DNA from: a virus
Virus record (IMG/VR): IMGVR_UViG_3300021226_000189
Direction: 5' to 3' (one strand)
Length of the DNA: 64,000 nt
The notes below the pieces were generated by a model, which was not told where the DNA came from, searched no databases, and worked only from the letters and a program-made list of their open reading frames with translations. Shown here piece by piece: positions 49,289 through 58,132 of the stretch (its first letter is position 1; the number at the start of each line of letters is the position of its first letter). The position numbers and the translations under genes are program-made.

Positions 49289-49289
49289 T

Positions 49290-50414
49290 ATGTCAGATAA
49301 ATTAGATAAAGATATTTTAGCGTCTCTGAACGCTTTGGATGATGTAGTCCCATACTCAGCGTATCTGAGTGACTCCACTCTTTCCAGTGTGAACGACTGG
49401 ATTGATACGGGGAGTATGGTTCTTAATGCTCTGATTTCTGGTTCTTTGTATGGTGGTGTCCCCAAAGGACGCATTACACAGTTAGCAGGACCATCACAGA
49501 GTTTCAAATCGGGTTTGGTGATGCAAATCTTGGCAAATGCTCAGAAAAAAGGTATGATCCCTGTTATCTTCGATACAGAAGGTGCGATTGATCCTGAGTC
49601 TGCTGCTAAATTTGGCTTGGATATTACCAAAGTTAAATATGTCGGTTGTGAATCCGTTGAACAGACGAGAAACGCTATTTACAAGTTCCTCAAGAATGTT
49701 CGGGAGAAGAAACAAAATGGTAAATTTATCATTGCTATCGACTCTTTGGCAAACTTGAACTCGGAAATGGAATTGTCTCGCATGGATAAGGATTCGATGT
49801 CTGCTGATATGGGAACATTTGCAAAGTCTGTTAAGAGTCTATTGAAGACATGTACTAACATGTCAACTCTTACCAAGACACCGATTATTATCACTAACCA
49901 TGTATATGACGATCCAAGTGCGATGTATCCATCTCTGGAGAAGAACATGCCAGGTGGTAAAGCAGCAGTGTATCTACCATCCGTTACAGTGCAACTCGCT
50001 AGAAAATTGGTGAAAGATGCTGATAATAAGCAAGTAACTGATAAATTGGCAGCTTCGCAGAAGAACTACTCTGGTGTTGTTATCCGCGCCTTGACAGTTA
50101 AGAATCGCTTTATCAAGCAATACCTTGAAGGTGAATTCTATTTGTCATTCAGTAAAGGTCTGGACAAGTATTATGGGCTACTTGATATCATGAAAGGCAT
50201 GGGAGTAGTTGATAATTCAGGTTCTTCTTACACCGATTGGACTGGGGAGAAACTTGGATACTACAAAGTCTGGAGTAAAGACGTTGACCTTTGGGAAAAT
50301 AAATTACTCCCAGAACTTGAGAAGCGCATCAAAGAGCATTGGGCTTATGGTTCATCTCCTGATGATGATAATCTGGTTGAATTGGAAGAAGTTGATAGTG
50401 ATACGGACGAATGA
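49290..50414 (+). CDS. uvsX: RecA-like recombinase UvsX
   Basis: WIDTGS...NALISG, GPSQSFKS, FDTEGA, IDSL, MPGG, KNRF. Confidence 0.95.
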   Translation: MSDKLDKDILASLNALDDVVPYSAYLSDSTLSSVNDWIDTGSMVLNALISGSLYGGVPKGRITQLAGPSQSFKSGLVMQILANAQKKGMIPVIFDTEGAIDPESAAKFGLDITKVKYVGCESVEQTRNAIYKFLKNVREKKQNGKFIIAIDSLANLNSEMELSRMDKDSMSADMGTFAKSVKSLLKTCTNMSTLTKTPIIITNHVYDDPSAMYPSLEKNMPGGKAAVYLPSVTVQLARKLVKDADNKQVTDKLAASQKNYSGVVIRALTVKNRFIKQYLEGEFYLSFSKGLDKYYGLLDIMKGMGVVDNSGSSYTDWTGEKLGYYKVWSKDVDLWENKLLPELEKRIKEHWAYGSSPDDDNLVELEEVDSDTDE

Positions 50415-51022
50415 TCGAAGATATCATTAAAACAGGTAAAAAATATCAAGTGATCTATGCTGATCCTCCTTGGTCATATTATAACGACATGTCGGTTACA
50501 CCCGAACATGTCGGTAAAAATGTGTTGATCAATCCCCCATACCCTGTTTTATCATCCAAGGATATTAAAAGTATTCCTGTTGCAGAGATAGCAGATGAAC
50601 ATTGTTTATTATTCCTTTGGACAACTGATTATCATTTAAAAAAAGCTATTGAAGTTATTGATTCTTGGGGTTTTGAATATAAAACAGTGGGATTTGCTTG
50701 GCAGAAACTTAATAAAAAAAATCAACCAGTCGTTTCAACTGGAGGAGCATACACCATGAAGAGTGGTATTGAGTTATGTCTATTGGCAACTAAAGGAAGA
50801 TGTCCAACATTAGTCAAAAAACGTAACGTTAGATCATTTTTAAGTTCACAAAGACAACATCACTCTAAAAAACCAGATGAAGTTAGAGAAAGAATTGATG
50901 ATATGTTAAAAGAAAATCTCAACAAAATTGAATTATTCGCTAGAGATAAATTTGATGGTTGGGATTGTTGGGGTAATGAAGTTTATGCAGATCGAAAAAG
51001 GAATACATTTGTTTCATGGTGA
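50411..51022 (+). CDS. MT-A70-family adenine methyltransferase
   Basis: IYADPPW, LFLWTT, HSKKPDE, IELFAR, WGNE. Confidence 0.92.
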   Translation: MIEDIIKTGKKYQVIYADPPWSYYNDMSVTPEHVGKNVLINPPYPVLSSKDIKSIPVAEIADEHCLLFLWTTDYHLKKAIEVIDSWGFEYKTVGFAWQKLNKKNQPVVSTGGAYTMKSGIELCLLATKGRCPTLVKKRNVRSFLSSQRQHHSKKPDEVRERIDDMLKENLNKIELFARDKFDGWDCWGNEVYADRKRNTFVSW

Positions 51023-51731
51023 TTGTCTGGAGGTATTGAAAAAAATTCCAGACAATTCAGTCGATTTAGTGTTATCTGATCCACCATACGAGCAAAATGC
51101 TAGGTTGGAGTGGGATAAAATTATAAATTTTGATAAATTATGGGTAGAATTGAATAGGATTATTAAAAATAAAACACCTATCGTTTTGATGGGCAACCAA
51201 CCATTTACAACCGATTTAATTAATTCAAAAAGAGATTGGTTCCGTTATGAATGGGTATGGGATAAACATATCCCAAGAGGAATGCATCAAGCCAAATATC
51301 AACCCATGAGAAAACATGAAAACATTATAGTGTTTTCGAGAGAATATCCCATGAATTATTATCCAATAATGGAAGAACGCGACAAACCAATTAGGAGAAA
51401 GAATTATAATAAGAATTCAAAGGGTATTGATGGTAATTATAAAGAAGATCAAACTAATAAATGGTTCACTTATACCCACAAAAATCCTAATACCATCATT
51501 ACAGATTGTTGGGAAAAAAATAAAGGTAAAATACACCCAACTCAAAAACCAGTATCTTTAATGAAATATCTAATTCAAACTTATACCAAAGAAAATGATA
51601 TAGTATTAGATTTTTGCTTTGGTTCTAACTCTACAGGAGTAGCCGCGAAAGAGTTGGGTAGACGATATATTGGGATTGAAAAGGAAGAAAAATACTTTAA
51701 TATTGGTAAAGATAGATTAATGACCATTTAA
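50985..51731 (+). CDS. Orphan amino-DNA methyltransferase (N6A/N4C, beta class)
   Basis: GDCLE, SDPPY, HPTQKP, VLDFCFGSNSTG. ATG at 50985 preferred. Confidence 0.92.
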   Translation: MQIEKGIHLFHGDCLEVLKKIPDNSVDLVLSDPPYEQNARLEWDKIINFDKLWVELNRIIKNKTPIVLMGNQPFTTDLINSKRDWFRYEWVWDKHIPRGMHQAKYQPMRKHENIIVFSREYPMNYYPIMEERDKPIRRKNYNKNSKGIDGNYKEDQTNKWFTYTHKNPNTIITDCWEKNKGKIHPTQKPVSLMKYLIQTYTKENDIVLDFCFGSNSTGVAAKELGRRYIGIEKEEKYFNIGKDRLMTI

Positions 51732-53411
51732 CCATAACCAATGCGCGTAATTTTTCGGTTTTTTGAAACCACGATCTTTAAACTCACCTTTATTATTGGT
51801 GAGTTTATCTTTTTGAATTTGTTCAGAAAAATAATTCATTATGTAACTTTCGTTTATACCACTTTTCAATGCTGCAATTTCTTCCTCTAAGCGATCAATT
51901 TCATCATAATCAGGATCATCGGAATTCTTCAATTCTTTCAATTGTTTTACGAGTTCTTTTATTTCATTTGAAGAATTATCAGTTTTTTGATTATTTTTTT
52001 CAGCTTTTTTATTTTTATCGAATTGTGCTTTCATCATTGATCCACTCTTTTTACTGAATATTTCCGCTCTACGAGCAATTTCTTTTCTTGAAAGTCTATA
52101 CCATGTTTTAAATATCTCTTTCTTTTCAGGAGTATCCAACACTTCATCTAAAACCGCATCTTCATATCCATCGTACAAATTTGATTCGTTTTCCATATTT
52201 TCAGATACATCATCTTTAGCCTTTTTAATAATATAATCACCAAAAGCTTTTATATCATTACCATATGACGCTGTTTTATCGGAAAATGCTTCCTTGGTGG
52301 TTCCTTCTTTATTAGAAGCGAAGGCTACCAATTCATCCATAATGTCATCAGATAATTGTTTATTTGTAGCTAATATTTGTTCTACTTTATCATGTGGTTT
52401 GGTTTTACCAGAACGCAGCATTTTAATACGCTTCAATTCGTCCAAGATATTTTCAGCAAACTCTTTTTCTGGCGAATGTTTAGCAGATAATGATATTTCA
52501 CCTTTTTTAAGAGAAGCGTTTAGTTTTCTTATTTGAGCTAAAAGAGGAGCAGCTTGACTGTAGATATTATCTCGATCTTCTCTAGAAAAACCAGTTCGTT
52601 CTTTGAGCCTTTCATTTGCAATTAAAGCAGCATGGGATGTTTTAGGAATTCTTCTACCCATACTGGATTTTTTCTCGACTTTCTTTTCGTTTCCGCTCAA
52701 TAATTCTTTAATTTGAAATTCGTCAAGCCATTCAACTCCATCCAGACTGAATCCTCTTGGTTTACTCTTGATGTATTGGGAATCTTCAGGTGAAATTTCT
52801 GTTCTATTTTTTAGAAATAAATTCAATCTCTGTTTAGCCACATCATTCTGATTTTTATAAAACTTTTCCCCTTTTTTCAGAATATATTCAATTTCTTCTG
52901 GTGTATAAACTTCGTCATCACTGATTATCGATTTTTTAGTTCCTTGATCCGATGGTGCATCTAAGTATTCGAGGATATTATTTTTATCTAAAAATTTATT
53001 TTTTATTTCAGGTGATAAGATTTCATCTTCATGTTTTTTAACAATTGTGAAAAGGGCATATTCTTTTTCTTTTTGTGTTGACCAAGACCATTTACCCATA
53101 TCCATCCACTTATTGAATCCGTCTGTAAAAGATTCTCTTCTTTGACCAGGTGCAACTTTACAAACTTTTTTAGTGTATTCTGAAAAATTAGACTCATATT
53201 TGAATATATCTAATAAATTCATCATCAAATATTCGATTGTTTTTTCTCTTAAATGACCAGGTGACGTTACACCACCATCTTTTTTTATTTTTCCACTGAC
53301 TTCTTTATAAAATTCGCTAAATTTAGGAAAATATGTTTTCCAAACGCTGGTTCTCTCTTCATTTATTAGATGAACTTTTTCTACCAAATAATCAAATCCG
53401 TAATTTCTCAT
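51717..53411 (-). CDS. Large helical hypothetical late protein
   Basis: TAAATA at 53417-53422, leader MRNYGFDYLVE..LINEE, K/E-rich. Confidence 0.7.
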   Translation of the reverse strand: MRNYGFDYLVEKVHLINEERTSVWKTYFPKFSEFYKEVSGKIKKDGGVTSPGHLREKTIEYLMMNLLDIFKYESNFSEYTKKVCKVAPGQRRESFTDGFNKWMDMGKWSWSTQKEKEYALFTIVKKHEDEILSPEIKNKFLDKNNILEYLDAPSDQGTKKSIISDDEVYTPEEIEYILKKGEKFYKNQNDVAKQRLNLFLKNRTEISPEDSQYIKSKPRGFSLDGVEWLDEFQIKELLSGNEKKVEKKSSMGRRIPKTSHAALIANERLKERTGFSREDRDNIYSQAAPLLAQIRKLNASLKKGEISLSAKHSPEKEFAENILDELKRIKMLRSGKTKPHDKVEQILATNKQLSDDIMDELVAFASNKEGTTKEAFSDKTASYGNDIKAFGDYIIKKAKDDVSENMENESNLYDGYEDAVLDEVLDTPEKKEIFKTWYRLSRKEIARRAEIFSKKSGSMMKAQFDKNKKAEKNNQKTDNSSNEIKELVKQLKELKNSDDPDYDEIDRLEEEIAALKSGINESYIMNYFSEQIQKDKLTNNKGEFKDRGFKKPKNYAHWLWLNGH

Positions 53412-53416
53412 ACTCT

Positions 53417-53439
53417 TATTTAGTGGAAATAACTAAATA
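53417..53439. promoter_or_regulatory. Back-to-back divergent late promoters
   Basis: tattta at 53417-53422 and taaata at 53434-53439. Confidence 0.7.
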
Positions 53440-53444
53440 AAATA

Positions 53445-53558
53445 ATGATTCCCTTTTCTCAATTCTTTCTAATCAAAGAAGCTTTCGATACTGTATCAGA
53501 ATTTATGTTAAATCCTGAGCATTCCGATAAAACATACTCCTATCATAATATTAAATAA
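53445..53558 (+). CDS. 37-aa ORF consisting mostly of an internal-protein-type leader
   Basis: MIPFSQFFLIKEAFDTVSEFMLNPEHSDKTYSYHNIK, 5 nt after TAAATA. Confidence 0.5.
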   Translation: MIPFSQFFLIKEAFDTVSEFMLNPEHSDKTYSYHNIK

Positions 53559-53564
53559 AATTAT

Positions 53565-55301
53565 ATGGAATTTGATAAAGAATATCGTAGATTAATAATG
53601 GAGTTCTCCGAAGGAGCAATTCGTAAGATCGTGCAAAAATTCCAAAACGATGCTTCAGAACAGGAAATCCGTAGGGAAGTTCAGGATTTTGAGAAATATA
53701 AACAATCTTTACAAAAGAAAGACCCATTCCAATACAAATCATGGATAGAGTTCACAGAGGCTATCCATGCTGCCAAGGGTAAATCAGAATTTAAGAAAAA
53801 GAAAGCACCTACTAAAGATGTAGTCGCTAATCAAGAGGATATTATCGCTGATGATGAGAACGTGACAATCTATCGTGGAGATTCTCAGGATAAATGTGTA
53901 ATGTATGGAAAAGGATACACATTCTGTATTTCTAGACCAGGTGCTGGAAATTTATATTCGATGTATAGATTAAACGATAATTCCACTTTCTATTTCATAT
54001 TTTTTAAGAAAAAATCAAAGTCTGAAAAAGATCACATTATGGTCTTAGATCATACTAGCAGTGGATATCAATGGACTTTTGCCGATAATGACACTCAACC
54101 AGTTGAGGGTGGTTGGGATGCAATAGTTAGTGAATATCCAGAATTAAAGAAATATAAAAAAATATTGGTTAATAAAGAATTAGATGATGTTGAAAAGGGA
54201 TTTTTAGAGAGAAAGAGAGAATTTAAACGACAATTACCTGCTTACACTAACGACCCGAATGTAGATTTGGAAAAGGCTGTGGTTTTGTGGAATAATTTTT
54301 CCCATAAAGAAAAAGCAGCAGTTTTAACGAGTTATTATCGAGATACTTTACATGATGTAATTTGGAAACAACTGGATAGTAGTCTTAGGAATGAGTATAT
54401 AAACATGATACCTGATTTATCCCCCTATCAAATGGATAATTTAACTCCGAAAGAAGTTGCTAGGTATAAAAAATTGAGAGATACGTTATTCGATGATGAA
54501 TATCCCGATCAATATCCAGAATTTGAAGCAAATAAACTTGATGATATCGAAAATGTCTTAAAACATCCGTATTTTGCTATGACATATGCGATGTCTTGGA
54601 ATAATGATTGGGATAGTATTCCTGATGAAGTGTTTGAATTGTTGGCGGACTACCCTGATTTTTCTTTGGAATATGCTGAATGGGTTGCTAAGGAAGTTCC
54701 TAATACGTTCATACCAGCAGATATCTATGAATCAATAATGGATTCTGGTGTGTTTGAAGACATGTCCGATGAATTGAGAGAATATTTTAGAAAAAATTGG
54801 GGAAAAGATACTTTCTCAGAATCCTTCCAATTTGATAAAGAATATCAAAAATTGATGGAAGCATACCAGAAAGATTTGACAAAATTCCACCGATTCTTTC
54901 AAGAATTGGCTCGATATCAATCAAATCATTACGGGACGTACAACTCTTCCGTTTTAAGAGATGAATATCTTAAATTACCTGAAGATTTTCGTAAAATGAT
55001 GAGATTACCCAAATCTCAATATAAAAATTGCTTTAGAGGTGATGACGGTAAGACTCAAAAAGCAGTAAGTTCTTTTGTATGTAATCCTAATGTTGAAAAA
55101 GCGAGGAGAAATGCTTCTTTTTATGGTGTTAATGTTTTTTCTTTATTAAAAGATGTCTATTCTTTATCTGATACGATGGTGGTTGATTTTAAAAGGTTGG
55201 CTAAATATTTTGGTAAAAAAATTGCTTATAAAATAATGGATGAATACGGCATTGGTGATGATGAGAATGAGGTATTAGTGTTCGATATTGTTTTTAAATA
55301 G
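53565..55301 (+). CDS. Two-module late protein; C-terminal module is ADP-ribosyltransferase-like
   Basis: TAAATA at 53552-53557. Leader EFDKEY repeated internally at 54831. Module 2 has CFRG / VSSF / DENEVLV. Confidence 0.65.
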   Translation: MEFDKEYRRLIMEFSEGAIRKIVQKFQNDASEQEIRREVQDFEKYKQSLQKKDPFQYKSWIEFTEAIHAAKGKSEFKKKKAPTKDVVANQEDIIADDENVTIYRGDSQDKCVMYGKGYTFCISRPGAGNLYSMYRLNDNSTFYFIFFKKKSKSEKDHIMVLDHTSSGYQWTFADNDTQPVEGGWDAIVSEYPELKKYKKILVNKELDDVEKGFLERKREFKRQLPAYTNDPNVDLEKAVVLWNNFSHKEKAAVLTSYYRDTLHDVIWKQLDSSLRNEYINMIPDLSPYQMDNLTPKEVARYKKLRDTLFDDEYPDQYPEFEANKLDDIENVLKHPYFAMTYAMSWNNDWDSIPDEVFELLADYPDFSLEYAEWVAKEVPNTFIPADIYESIMDSGVFEDMSDELREYFRKNWGKDTFSESFQFDKEYQKLMEAYQKDLTKFHRFFQELARYQSNHYGTYNSSVLRDEYLKLPEDFRKMMRLPKSQYKNCFRGDDGKTQKAVSSFVCNPNVEKARRNASFYGVNVFSLLKDVYSLSDTMVVDFKRLAKYFGKKIAYKIMDEYGIGDDENEVLVFDIVFK

Positions 55302-55391
55302 TGGACAGAATTTGATAAAGAATATCAAAGGCTTCTTAAAGATTTGACATTACCTAAAGATGTGTTAAGGTATTCCCATGCCAAATCCTAA
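55295..55391 (+). pseudogene. Decayed third copy of the promoter plus EFDKEY leader, with no start codon or cargo
   Basis: TAAATA-GTGG-ACA-GAATTTGATAAAGAATATC versus TAAATA-AAATTAT-ATG-GAATTTGATAAAGAATATC at 53552. Confidence 0.55.
55344..55371 (+). promoter_or_regulatory. sigma70-like promoter TTGACA-N16-TAAGGT with TGn
   Basis: 6 nt upstream of the ATG at 55378. Confidence 0.65.
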
Positions 55392-56061
55392 TGTTTCTTC
55401 TAATATCGCCATTTTCACGGCAACCAAACGCAATGATTGGCAATTTCCCTTGACTAAAACTGCGATAGAATTCGATCTGGATGATTTCATGCACACCAGA
55501 TTGAATAACACTCAAGGACTTCCCAAGGTCTATAATGAATGTCTTGACCTAGCGATCAAAGAGAAATTTGATTACGTAATGTTCATTCACGATGATGTTC
55601 ATCTGGAACATGACCCTCGCCCAAAGCTGGAGAAGCTATTCCAAGAATACGATATTGTCGGTGTGGCGGGATGTTCCAAGGCTGAAATCAAGTCTCCTGC
55701 ACTCTGGCATCTGATGGGTGGAGGATTTGGTGGTGGCAATCTACATGGCGCGGTGGCTCATGGTAACGCTGATAAGAAGCATATGACGAGCTTTGGTGTA
55801 TATCCCCATCGTGTGGTGATGATCGATGGTGTTTTCATGGCATTTAATCGAAAGGCGATTGAGACGGTGAGATTTGATGAGGATTGTCCATCAGGCTTTC
55901 ATTTTTACGATCTTTGCATGTGTGCTAGAGCTTTAGAAAAAGGCTTGAAAATCGGTGTTGGTGATGTTATGATTACTCACGAATCACCAGGACTGAGAGA
56001 ATTTACGGAGGACTGGAAATCTGGTGAGTCTTATTATCTCTCCAAATATGGAAACGCATGA
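55378..56061 (+). CDS. GT-A glycosyltransferase (GT2-like)
   Basis: YN..LD, FIHDDV, IVGVAG, IDGVFMA, FHFYD, HESPG. Confidence 0.8.
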   Translation: MPNPNVSSNIAIFTATKRNDWQFPLTKTAIEFDLDDFMHTRLNNTQGLPKVYNECLDLAIKEKFDYVMFIHDDVHLEHDPRPKLEKLFQEYDIVGVAGCSKAEIKSPALWHLMGGGFGGGNLHGAVAHGNADKKHMTSFGVYPHRVVMIDGVFMAFNRKAIETVRFDEDCPSGFHFYDLCMCARALEKGLKIGVGDVMITHESPGLREFTEDWKSGESYYLSKYGNA

Positions 56062-57374
56062 GTGAAATTGATTTTGATTATTTTGAAAAGGTTCTGGTAA
56101 AGAATGCAATTACGAATGGAGCTTACTTAGCTTCCATCGCTGATTACGTTCAACCGAAGTATTTCACCGATAAGAATATTGCCAAGTATTTTGAGATTGT
56201 TGCGGATTTCTACGAGAAACGGCAATCTCTCCCCACATTTTCAGAGGTAAAGACCTATCTCACCACCGATGAACTCAAATCCAACTTCAAAAAGCTGATT
56301 GAGTCATTTAAGGAGATAGATTCCAACCACAATCAGGACGAATTATATGAGAATACTGAGAGATTCCTCAAAGAAAGAGGAATGTATCACTCCATTTTGG
56401 AATCCGCAGAGGCAATTTCCGAAGGAGAAGCTAATACTGCTGAGATCGTAGAGAAATTTGAGAAAATTGCTGGTATCAACCTCAATGTTGATAAGGGAAT
56501 TGAGCTTTACGGGGATATTGAGAAGGTCATTGACGACATTTTGAGCGATGAAGCTACCATTTCCTCCAAGTGGCCATGGTTGGATGAGGCTCTAGGAGGC
56601 GGATTTCAAGAAGCTGGTAAGGCTCTGTATGTGTTTGCTGGTCAATCCAACATTGGTAAGAGTATTTTCCTCGGCAATGCGGCTGCAAACATTGCATCAC
56701 AGGGTAAACATGTGCTTGTAGTGACTTTGGAAATGTCGGAAACGCTCTATGCAAAGAGAATCGCGTCCAATGTGACGAAGATTCCTATGAAGGAGTTCCG
56801 TAATTGTATTCCTACCCTCAGACATGCTCTAGAACAGGAACATAAGAACACTGATGGTCGCATTTACATCAAAGAATTCCCACCATCTACGATTACACCC
56901 AAGCAATTGGGAGCTTTCATTAAGAAAATGAAGGATTCTGGTATCAGAATTGATGCTGTTGTTCTTGATTATATCACTTTGATGACCGCTGCTGGTAGTA
57001 ACAGCTATGAAAAAGGTAAAAACATCTGCGAACAGGTTCGGGCGTTGTCTTATGTCTATAAATGCCCCATAATTAGCGCATGTCAGCTAAATCGATCTGC
57101 TGTAGGACAGAATAATCCTAATATGTCAGGTGTTGCTGAGTCTTTGGCGATTGTTATGACTGCTGACGTTATTACATCCATCTTCCAGAATGAAGAAGAT
57201 CAGGAATTGGGTGTGATTCGACTCGGTATGATGAAAAATCGCTTTGGAATGCGGGGAATGACGCAAGCCATGAGAATTGATTACTCCACGCTCACTGTTT
57301 ATCAATCGGAAGATGATGAAGAAGAGTTGATGAATGATGATGAACTTTCATTATTAGAGAAATTAAGTGATTGA
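56058..57374 (+). CDS. gp41: Replicative DnaB-like helicase (T4 gp41)
   Basis: GQSNIGKS, TLEMSE, YIKEFP, VLDYI, CQLNR, AESL, KNRFG. Confidence 0.95.
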   Translation: MSEIDFDYFEKVLVKNAITNGAYLASIADYVQPKYFTDKNIAKYFEIVADFYEKRQSLPTFSEVKTYLTTDELKSNFKKLIESFKEIDSNHNQDELYENTERFLKERGMYHSILESAEAISEGEANTAEIVEKFEKIAGINLNVDKGIELYGDIEKVIDDILSDEATISSKWPWLDEALGGGFQEAGKALYVFAGQSNIGKSIFLGNAAANIASQGKHVLVVTLEMSETLYAKRIASNVTKIPMKEFRNCIPTLRHALEQEHKNTDGRIYIKEFPPSTITPKQLGAFIKKMKDSGIRIDAVVLDYITLMTAAGSNSYEKGKNICEQVRALSYVYKCPIISACQLNRSAVGQNNPNMSGVAESLAIVMTADVITSIFQNEEDQELGVIRLGMMKNRFGMRGMTQAMRIDYSTLTVYQSEDDEEELMNDDELSLLEKLSD

Positions 57375-57398
57375 CATAATCGATTGATACTGTAGTGT
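57371..57398 (+). promoter_or_regulatory. sigma70-like promoter TTGACA-N16-TAGTGT
   Basis: Upstream of the YopX-family gene. Confidence 0.55.
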
Positions 57399-57408
57399 AA
57401 TACACAAT

Positions 57409-57738
57409 ATGAACACTAATGATGATTATAAATTTAGAATTTGGTTTTATGACCAGAAAAAATTTGAGTATGGTGGTTTTGAATATTTTAAAAAATGTTC
57501 ATTTCCTTTATATTGGTGTAAAATTCAACAATACACTGGACTAAAAGATTCCAAAGGGAAAGACATATACGAGGGTGATATTATAGAATATACAAATGGT
57601 GGTTTTAAATGGGTCAAAAATATATATTTCCATTCAGGATCATTTAATCTTAATGGTCATCCTTTAAGAAGTTATAACGAAACTCATATCAACATCATTG
57701 GTAACATATTCGAAAATCCAGAATTAAATGAAAATTAA
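57409..57738 (+). CDS. YopX-family protein
   Basis: [36 protein letters not shown]. Confidence 0.9.
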   Translation: MNTNDDYKFRIWFYDQKKFEYGGFEYFKKCSFPLYWCKIQQYTGLKDSKGKDIYEGDIIEYTNGGFKWVKNIYFHSGSFNLNGHPLRSYNETHINIIGNIFENPELNEN

Positions 57739-58090
57739 AGGTAAAATCGCATTACAAAACTTGGGATCGCCTAATAAAAATGGTAGAATCTATTCTGAAG
57801 ATCTTATAAAAGAAGCCATATTAAATTGTGATTATTTAAAAAATAAAAGGTTGTTTATAACTCGTAATGCCCCCCAATCTGTTGAAGTTGATTTAGCGGA
57901 TGTTGTGGGGGTGATTGATGACCTCTACATTAAAGACAATAATTTGATTGCGGATGTTTCTTTTATAGTAGAAGATAAAAATTTGGAATATTACGACATT
58001 AGACCAAATGGTATTGGTAATGTTGATGAAAATGGTGTTGTATCCAACTATGAATTTATATCGTTTTCGTTGACAAACGATCCTGCTTAA
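57728..58090 (+). CDS. Degenerate prohead-protease (gp21)-like protein
   Basis: [23 protein letters not shown]. The catalytic His and Ser motifs are replaced. Confidence 0.55.
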   Translation: MKIKGKIALQNLGSPNKNGRIYSEDLIKEAILNCDYLKNKRLFITRNAPQSVEVDLADVVGVIDDLYIKDNNLIADVSFIVEDKNLEYYDIRPNGIGNVDENGVVSNYEFISFSLTNDPA

Positions 58091-58132
58091 ATGAATACTC
58101 TTGACAAATTTATAGAAATTGGTAATTATAAC

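Noticed and set aside
55299-55301. Genome-wide TAG recoding
   Set aside because: TAG is rare as a stop (seen at 18126 and 55299), but core genes are full-length in code 11 with no internal TAG breaks.
46137-57374. Inteins in DNA polymerase, UvsX or helicase
   Set aside because: The proteins are of normal length (841, 374 and 438 aa) with contiguous motifs.
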